Origin: Patescibacteria group bacterium | GTDB lineage: Bacteria; Patescibacteriota; Patescibacteriia; UBA1558; UBA10009 | DNA length: 64,000 nucleotides | NCBI GenBank assembly: GCA_041662565.1 | Contig: JBAZSE010000004.1 | Location: 7,398-71,397 of the forward strand | Reading direction: 5' to 3' | In this document: piece after piece, positions 58,110 to 64,000 of the stretch | Position numbering within the stretch: the first letter of the stretch is position 1 | Layout: each line of letters opens with the position of its first letter | The notes under the pieces: model-generated | What the model saw: the letters and a program-made list of their open reading frames with translations, nothing else | Database searches by the model: none | What the model was told of the DNA's origin: nothing | Made by a program: the position numbers and the translations under genes

Positions 58110-58913
58110 ATGGATCACTTAGATCAACTTGAAAACAAATCAATTTACATTATCCGCGAGGCCTACTATCAATATAAAAATATTGCCATGCTCTGGAGTA
58201 TTGGTAAGGACTCCACTTCCCTGTTGTGGCTAGTACGCAAGGCCTTTATGGGCCATGTGCCTTTTCCGGTAATGCACATTGATACAACTTATAAATTTCC
58301 GGAAATGTATATCTTTAGGGATAAATACGCCAAAGAGTGGGGCTTAAATTTGATTATTGCCAGAAATGACGATGCCATTAAAAGAGGTATTAGTTACGCC
58401 ACCCATGATGCCTTTACCTGTGCCCACGAACTTAAAACCGTTGCTTTGCAACAAACAATGGCCGAAAAAGGTTTTAAGGCCTTGCTGTTAGGAATTAGAC
58501 GCGATGAACACGGTATTAGGGCTAAAGAAAGGGTTTTTTCACCTCGCAGCCAGGATTTTAAATGGAACTATCAAGATCAGCCGGCTGAATTATGGGATCA
58601 ATACAAATCCAAGGTCTTGGAAGAAAACCATGTGCGGGTTCATCCCCTGCTCCACTGGACAGAACTGGATATTTGGAAATACGTTAAGCGTGAAAAATTA
58701 CCGGTTAATGAATTGTATTATGCCAAAAACGGTTTAAGGTACCGTTCACTTGGCTGTAAACCAATAACCAATCCCATGAAATCCGATGCCGATACGGTTG
58801 ATAAAATTATTGAAGAATTGGCAACAACAAAAGAAGCGGAACGTTCCGGCCGGGCTATGGATAAAGAACAAATGTATACCATGCAAAAGTTAAGAAGTTT
58901 GGGGTATATGTAA
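58110..58913 (+). CDS. cysD: Sulfate adenylyltransferase subunit 2
   Basis: IIREAYYQYKNIAMLWSIGKDSTSLLWLVRKAF (PAPS-reductase-like PP-loop), RSLGCKP, C-terminal KLRSLGYM; 267 aa. Confidence 0.85.
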   Translation: MDHLDQLENKSIYIIREAYYQYKNIAMLWSIGKDSTSLLWLVRKAFMGHVPFPVMHIDTTYKFPEMYIFRDKYAKEWGLNLIIARNDDAIKRGISYATHDAFTCAHELKTVALQQTMAEKGFKALLLGIRRDEHGIRAKERVFSPRSQDFKWNYQDQPAELWDQYKSKVLEENHVRVHPLLHWTELDIWKYVKREKLPVNELYYAKNGLRYRSLGCKPITNPMKSDADTVDKIIEELATTKEAERSGRAMDKEQMYTMQKLRSLGYM

Positions 58914-58923
58914 AGATAGATGA

Positions 58924-59077
58924 GGCGGTGAAAAAATATTTTTGCATTCCGAGGGACCGTTTAAGCCTCGCCAAATGCGACCTGATAAAATTCAAATCGG
59001 CGGGCATAGCTCATCAGGAAAAATGCACCAGCGATGGGCGCGTTTCCCGAGGATGAAAAAAATATTTTTTTACCGCC
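58924..59077. repeat. cysD-cysN spacer element: near-identical 20-bp termini (GGCGGTGAAAAAATATTTTT ... AAAAAAATATTTTTTTACCGCC) around a GC-rich core of about 115 bp
   Basis: Seen directly. The A/T part of each arm is itself palindromic, so the unique inverted repeat is GGCGGTG/TACCGCC plus context. The core is far more GC-rich than the flanks. Confidence 0.4.
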
Positions 59078-59128
59078 GAATCAAAAAATATAAAATTATC
59101 AATTCAAAATATTAAACATTTATAACCT

Positions 59129-60400
59129 ATGGATAAAAATTATTTAAAACTCGTGATTGTGGGCCATGTTGATCATGGCAAATCAACCTTAATCGGCCGG
59201 CTTTTGGTAGATACCGGCGTTATGCCCCAATCAAAAATAGACGAAGTTAAAACCGTTTGCGAATCATTGGGCCGGCCTTTTGAATTTGCCTATTTAATGG
59301 ATTATATGGAAGAAGAAAGGCAGAAAAAGATTACCATTGATACGGCGCAGATTTTCTTTAAAACCGCTTTACGCGATTACGTAATTATTGACGCGCCCGG
59401 CCACAAAGAATTCTTAAAAAACATGATTACCGGCAGTGCCCAAGCCGAAGGCGCGATCTTGATAGTGGATGCCAAAGAAGGCATTAAAGAGCAAACCAAG
59501 CGCCATGCCTATATTTTAAGCTTGCTCGGGTTAAAACAAATCGTGATCGTGATTAATAAAATGGATTTGGTTGATTATCAGGAAACCAAATTTGAAGAAA
59601 TTAAAACCGAATTGCTAAAACACTTAACAGCGGTTAACTTAACACCAACCTACATTATCCCCATTTCCGCCAGCAACGGCGATAATATTGCCAATAAATC
59701 AACCAAGATTAATTGGTACAGCGGCCCTACTGTTTTGCAAGCTCTTGATTCATTTTCCGAAACCTTGCCTACTCAATCTTTGCCTTTAAGATTGCCTGTT
59801 CAGGATATTTATACCGCAGCAGACAGAAAAACCTGGGCCGGTTTGGGTGAAACCGATCATAGTGATAAAGATTTGCTTGTTGGCCAAATTGAAAGCGGCA
59901 CAATCTCTGTAAATCAAGAAATAATTTTTTTACCTGGCAATCAAAAAACCACCGTTGTGGCAGTTAAAAAATGGAATCAAGATCCAACTTCCGTTTCTGC
60001 CGGCCACAACATTGGTTTGATTATCAAAGATGACCTGCCAATTAAACGCGGACAAGTTGCCTGCGCCACCAATGATTTACCCAAGGTTACCAATCAATTT
60101 AACGCCAGAATTTTTTGGATGTCACCTTCGGGCATTAAAATTGGCGAAAAATTTATTTTAAAATGCGCCACTCAAGAAACAGAGGCGGAAATTAAAATAA
60201 TCAATAAAGTTATTGATTCTTCCAGTTTAGAAATTTTAACTGATCGAAAAGAAGAAATTAAAGAAACCGAAGTAGCTGATGTAACTATAATCACCTCCAA
60301 TCCCATTGTAGTTGAAGATTACAATTACATCCAAGAACTTGGTCGGTTTGTTATTATTTCCGGCGAAGATATTGCCGCCAGTGGAATTGTTATAAACTAA
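59129..60400 (+). CDS. cysN: Sulfate adenylyltransferase subunit 1 (GTPase; no fused APS-kinase domain)
   Basis: [21 protein letters not shown] (G1), DAPGH (G3), NKMD (G4). 423 aa, which is GTPase plus beta-barrel domains only. Confidence 0.85.
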   Translation: MDKNYLKLVIVGHVDHGKSTLIGRLLVDTGVMPQSKIDEVKTVCESLGRPFEFAYLMDYMEEERQKKITIDTAQIFFKTALRDYVIIDAPGHKEFLKNMITGSAQAEGAILIVDAKEGIKEQTKRHAYILSLLGLKQIVIVINKMDLVDYQETKFEEIKTELLKHLTAVNLTPTYIIPISASNGDNIANKSTKINWYSGPTVLQALDSFSETLPTQSLPLRLPVQDIYTAADRKTWAGLGETDHSDKDLLVGQIESGTISVNQEIIFLPGNQKTTVVAVKKWNQDPTSVSAGHNIGLIIKDDLPIKRGQVACATNDLPKVTNQFNARIFWMSPSGIKIGEKFILKCATQETEAEIKIINKVIDSSSLEILTDRKEEIKETEVADVTIITSNPIVVEDYNYIQELGRFVIISGEDIAASGIVIN

Positions 60401-60407
60401 TTGCTAT

Positions 60408-61448
60408 ATGAATAAAAAAATTCTTCAATTATCGCTTATAATCATAATGGTTTTAACTTTAAGCGGTTGCGGTAAAAACAATAATGATACGGAACAAAAA
60501 CCAATTGTTGCGGAACCGCAAATTATGAAAGTTGGTTACTTTCCCAACATAACCCATGCTCAAGCCTTAGCCGGCATGAATATGGGAACATTCCAAAAGG
60601 CCTTAGGCGATTCGGTAAAGTTGGAAGCTAAAATTTTTAATGCCGGTCCAGCTGAAATTGAGGCGCTTTTTGCCGGTGAAATAGATTTGGGCTACATTGG
60701 CCCAAGCCCTGCCCTTAACGGCTATATAAAATCCCAAGGCCAGGCCTTACAAATTATCAGCGGTTCGGCTTCCGGTGGAGCTTCGTTAATTGTCAGCCAA
60801 GAACTGGCCAACGATTACAGCCAAAACGGAGTAAATGCGTTAATTGGCAAAAAAATCGCTTCGCCCCAGCAAGGCAATACTCAAGATATTTCTTTAAGAC
60901 ATTATTTAAAAGATAACGGCATATTGGAAAAAACCCAAATCATTCCTATTGCCAATGCCGATCAGTTAACCATGTTTAGCCAGAAAGAACTTGATGGCGC
61001 TTGGGCACCCGAGCCCTGGGCTTCACGCTTAATTGAAGAGGCAGGCGGGGTGCGCTTAATAGACGAACGCGATTTGTGGCCCAACAATCAATTTACCACA
61101 ACCAACATTATTGTCCGTACCGAATTTTTAAACCAACATCCTGATTTGGTAAAAAATTGGTTAAGGGCGCAAGTAGAAATTACTAACTGGCTAAAAAATA
61201 ATCCCATTGAGGCGCAAGCCGTAGTAAATTCGGAAATTGAAAAATTATCTTCCAAAAAATTAGCCGATAACGTTTTAAGTTCGGCCTGGGAAAAATTAAA
61301 TTTTACCGTTGATCCGTTAACTGATTCGGTAAAAACTTTTGCATCTTGGGCCTTTGATCAGGGTTATTTGGGCAAAACCCAGCCGGATTTAACCAATCTC
61401 TATAATTTAAACCTCCTCAATGAAGTTACAGGTCAAAAATATCAATAA
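60408..61448 (+). CDS. ABC transporter substrate-binding lipoprotein, NMT1/SsuA/TauA-like (sulfonate/nitrate/taurine family)
   Basis: Lipobox LTLSGCG; periplasmic-binding-protein fold similarities (GYFPNITHA, GYIGPSPALNG). Confidence 0.7.
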   Translation: MNKKILQLSLIIIMVLTLSGCGKNNNDTEQKPIVAEPQIMKVGYFPNITHAQALAGMNMGTFQKALGDSVKLEAKIFNAGPAEIEALFAGEIDLGYIGPSPALNGYIKSQGQALQIISGSASGGASLIVSQELANDYSQNGVNALIGKKIASPQQGNTQDISLRHYLKDNGILEKTQIIPIANADQLTMFSQKELDGAWAPEPWASRLIEEAGGVRLIDERDLWPNNQFTTTNIIVRTEFLNQHPDLVKNWLRAQVEITNWLKNNPIEAQAVVNSEIEKLSSKKLADNVLSSAWEKLNFTVDPLTDSVKTFASWAFDQGYLGKTQPDLTNLYNLNLLNEVTGQKYQ

Positions 61449-62178
61449 AACTTTTGCGGGCGAAAGCGGAAAAATTCAGGCCTTAACAGACATTAACCTT
61501 GATTTGCAAGAAGGTGAATTTGTTTGTTTGGTTGGGCCTTCGGGTTGCGGCAAATCAACACTTTTAAACATCATTGCCGGCCTAGCTCCAATTGATAGTG
61601 GAAAAATAGAATTTGCGGGCAAGCTTGGCTTTATGTTTCAGGAGCCAACCCTTTTTCCCTGGCTTAAAGTTAAAGATAACATTGCTTTTGGCTTGAAAAT
61701 CTTAAAAAAAAGCAAAGAAAAAATCAACGAAGTGGTTGATTATTTTTTGGAACTTACCCACTTGAGTAATTTTAAAGAGGCCTACCCGCACGAACTTTCC
61801 GGCGGCATGAAACAGCGCGTTGCTTTAGCCCGTACTCTGGCTTTAAAACCCGATATTTTACTAATGGACGAACCCTTTGCCGCGCTGGATGCCCAAACCA
61901 GGGAAATGCTTTACAAAGAGTTGCAGGAAATTTGGCAATTTTCCAAAAAAACCATTTTGTTTGTAACCCACAATGTGCGCGAAGCGGTAGTGCTGGGCGA
62001 TCGGGTATTGGTATTTACGGCCAGGCCCGGGCAAATTAAAAAAGAATTTAAAATAAATTTACCCCGCCCGCGAGATATTAACGATATTGAAGTAGCTAAA
62101 ATAAGCAACGCTATTAATCAGGAATTAAAAACCGAAGTGGCCAAAGTTGTTAATGAATTGGAACATTATGAAAAATAA
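61420..62178 (+). CDS. ABC transporter ATP-binding protein (SsuB/TauB-like)
   Basis: Walker A GPSGCGKST, signature LSGGMKQRVALAR, Walker B LLMDEPFAALD. Confidence 0.8.
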   Translation: MKLQVKNINKTFAGESGKIQALTDINLDLQEGEFVCLVGPSGCGKSTLLNIIAGLAPIDSGKIEFAGKLGFMFQEPTLFPWLKVKDNIAFGLKILKKSKEKINEVVDYFLELTHLSNFKEAYPHELSGGMKQRVALARTLALKPDILLMDEPFAALDAQTREMLYKELQEIWQFSKKTILFVTHNVREAVVLGDRVLVFTARPGQIKKEFKINLPRPRDINDIEVAKISNAINQELKTEVAKVVNELEHYEK

Positions 62179-62932
62179 ATTCATCCGCCTTGCCAAACCG
62201 TTACTTTTTATCGCACTTCTGATTTTATTGTGGCAAGCTTTGTTTTTGCTTAAAATTTGGCCCCAGTGGCTATTTCCATCCCCTATTGATGTTTTTGCTA
62301 CCATCTTCAACGGTTTTGTTTCCGGACATTTTATGTTGGGAATATTAATTAGTTTAAAAAGAATTTTTCTGGGTTTTGGGTTATCATTGATCGTCGGTAC
62401 AGTATTGGGATTTTTAATTGCCAAATTCAAACTTTTGCAAGAAACTTTACAACCCTTGATTTTAGGATTGCAAACTTTACCAAGCATTTGCTGGCTCCCA
62501 CTGGCTTTGCTGTGGTTTGGGTTAAATGAACAAGCCATTATTTTTGTTATCATCATGGGTACGGTATTAAGTTTAACTATTTCGGTAACCGATGCCGTTA
62601 GCCATATTCCACCGGCTTTTATTAATGCCGGTAAAATGCTGGGAGCGCACGGTTTTAATTTATCCCGATACATTATTTTACCCGCTATTTTGCCAAATTT
62701 TTTAACCGGGGTAAAACAGGGTTGGTCATTTGCCTGGCGATCATTGATGAGCGGTGAAATGCTTTTTATCACCATAGGTTTAGGGCAATTATTAATGTTT
62801 GGCCGAGAACTTAACGATATGGCCCAGGTTATGGCCGTAATGCTTATCATAATTATAATCGGCGTTATTTTTGATCAGCTGATTTTTGGAAAAATAGAAA
62901 AAGCCGTTAAATACCGCTGGGGTTTAAAGTAA
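62168..62932 (+). CDS. ABC transporter permease (SsuC/TauC-like)
   Basis: Six TM helices. The track start is TTG (62147); ATG 62168 (MKNKFIRL) overlaps the ATPase stop. Confidence 0.7.
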   Translation: MKNKFIRLAKPLLFIALLILLWQALFLLKIWPQWLFPSPIDVFATIFNGFVSGHFMLGILISLKRIFLGFGLSLIVGTVLGFLIAKFKLLQETLQPLILGLQTLPSICWLPLALLWFGLNEQAIIFVIIMGTVLSLTISVTDAVSHIPPAFINAGKMLGAHGFNLSRYIILPAILPNFLTGVKQGWSFAWRSLMSGEMLFITIGLGQLLMFGRELNDMAQVMAVMLIIIIIGVIFDQLIFGKIEKAVKYRWGLK

Positions 62933-62949
62933 TTTCATTTTATTAAAAA

Positions 62950-62993
62950 ACAGCCCTGAAGTTATGCGTAGCATATACTTTGGGGCTGTTTTA
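62950..62993. terminator. Imperfect hairpin (ACAGCCCTGAAGT...ACTTTGGGGCTGT) plus a short T-tract between convergent genes
   Basis: Seen directly. Confidence 0.35.
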
Positions 62994-63002
62994 TTATATA
63001 TA

Positions 63003-63287
63003 TTAAACTAACTGTTTTTCCAATTTGGAAATTCTTTTATCATGCAACCATAGCTCCGATCTCATTTCTTGCCTTTCCACATCAGAACCAGTTACAATAT
63101 GCAAAATGGTTTGTAAAACACCATCCTGCTTATTCAACCTTTGATTCATCTCGTCCCTTAAAGCATCCGAATCCTGCTTTATGGCGGAAGCGTAGGTTTC
63201 AAAGAAGCTCTCCATTATTTCCACTGTTACCAGTGAGTTTTTGTCCAGCTTTTGGCCGACAACTGCAATTTTCGCTTTTCTTAGCAT
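63003..63287 (-). CDS. Hypothetical small coiled-coil protein
   Basis: 94 aa, charged heptad-like sequence. Confidence 0.35.
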   Translation of the reverse strand: MLRKAKIAVVGQKLDKNSLVTVEIMESFFETYASAIKQDSDALRDEMNQRLNKQDGVLQTILHIVTGSDVERQEMRSELWLHDKRISKLEKQLV

Positions 63288-63373
63288 TGCTTTTCTTTTT
63301 AATTATTAAATTGACCCTTGAGTTGTAATTTTAACTCTTCAAAAGCGCCTAGTCAAGATCCTGTAAATATTCA

Positions 63374-63958
63374 TTAAAACCACTTTTTCCACAAATCATA
63401 ACTGCCCTTAAACCACAGTTTAAAAATCAACATTGGTGTACCAACATCCAAGGAATCACGGTGCAATAAGTAAGGGTTGGTGTTTGAATTATTATATCCG
63501 GGCAAAATAGTAAAACCAAACTTATAACCGGCTTTTTTTACTTCATTAATTACTACTGGATTATAACTTTGCTTATCGCCAAAGGGATAGGCAAAAAAAG
63601 CCGAATTAACTGACTTATTAATTTCTGCTGATAATTGTTCGGGTGATAGTTTAGTTAAGCGCGGATGAGAAACACTGTGCCCACCCAAAGTATGGCCATC
63701 AGATAGCAATTTGGCTTCATGACATCTAAAAGGTTGATTAATGAAAAAAACAGCTTTTAAACTATGTTTTTTTAAAATTGGTAAAACAAGATTTAACCAC
63801 GATTGATAACCATCGTCAAAAGTTATTAATACATTAATCTTATCATTTGCCAGCTCTTTATTTAAAAATTGCTGGGGCGTAATAACGTTAAAATTATTTT
63901 TCAGCCAGACGACTTTTTCTTCAAAATATGCAACTTCATTATCTTTAACATTATGCAA
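63374..63958 (-). CDS. Polysaccharide deacetylase (NodB/CE4 family); 5' end uncertain
   Basis: NVLITFDDGYQSWLNLVLPILKKHSLKAVFF. The track start is TTG and the frame stays open upstream to the window edge (64000), so the true N-terminus may lie outside the window. Confidence 0.65.
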   Translation of the reverse strand: MHNVKDNEVAYFEEKVVWLKNNFNVITPQQFLNKELANDKINVLITFDDGYQSWLNLVLPILKKHSLKAVFFINQPFRCHEAKLLSDGHTLGGHSVSHPRLTKLSPEQLSAEINKSVNSAFFAYPFGDKQSYNPVVINEVKKAGYKFGFTILPGYNNSNTNPYLLHRDSLDVGTPMLIFKLWFKGSYDLWKKWF

Positions 63959-64000
63959 GCACCAAACCCTAACTAAGGGCTTGGTTAAAAGTATTCTGCG

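Noticed and set aside
58975-59121. 48-codon, highly basic ORF (MRPDKIQIGG...KYKIINSKY) in the cysD-cysN spacer as a real small protein
   Set aside because: No Shine-Dalgarno sequence or promoter signal, and its composition is driven by the GC-rich repeat core. Noted inside the spacer-element finding but not called as a gene.
63959-64000. Extending the deacetylase ORF to the window edge
   Set aside because: The frame is open to position 64000 but there is no in-window start upstream of the TTG. Whether the gene continues outside the window cannot be decided, so the in-window coordinates are kept and the issue flagged.

Overview
The window is AT-rich (about 35% GC) and almost entirely devoted to cell-envelope glycan biosynthesis. 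Genes are tightly packed, often overlapping by 4-11 nt, and lie in long co-directional blocks: 1-28461 on the minus strand, 28589-51000 plus, 50997-56909 minus, 56993-62932 plus. Recognisable content:
- Nucleotide-sugar pathways: UDP-GlcA/UDP-Xyl (ugd, a UXS-like decarboxylase, an epimerase); GDP-fucose (gmd, fcl); a pseudaminic/legionaminic-type nonulosonic acid pathway (PseB, PseC, two NeuB/PseI paralogues, a cytidylyltransferase and unusual accessory genes); a dTDP-3-amino-3,6-dideoxyhexose pair (FdtA/WxcM-like, FdtB-like); an RmlC-like cupin.
- At least 11 glycosyltransferases (GT4, GT2 and GtrB-like), GtrA and DUF2304 partners, an initiating WbaP-like phosphoglycosyltransferase, an MsbA-like ABC exporter, and an O-antigen-ligase-like protein fused to TPR repeats.
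- Two NodB-type deacetylases, five or six SAM-dependent methyltransferases and MetK.
- A secreted S8 protease with a C-terminal FG-GAP repeat array.
- A sulfur module: an RHH-like small protein, cysD, cysN, and a sulfonate/nitrate/taurine-type ABC importer, preceded by a GC-atypical NUDIX gene.
The gene content and style (TPR-Wzy fusions, weak or absent Shine-Dalgarno sequences, small genome-like packing) suggest a Patescibacteria/CPR-like or similar low-GC lineage; this is inference only. No rRNA, tRNA, CRISPR array, transposase or integrase was found.
The observations most worth a second look:
- a GT4 glycosyltransferase split at its interdomain linker into two ORFs that flank an inserted epimerase gene, with an intact paralogue nearby;
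- a non-canonical nonulosonic acid cassette with two NeuB paralogues plus a formyltransferase, a class III aminotransferase and a peptidase-like protein;
- two intergenic inverted-repeat elements with GC-rich cores, of which the one at 52077-52222 is the better supported and carries a micro-ORF behind a strong ribosome-binding site;
- an RHH-like small ORF whose 3' end copies the conserved C-terminal tail of cysD at nucleotide level;
- a 25-bp tandem duplication inside a GT2 gene;
- a NUDIX gene whose composition is foreign to the window.
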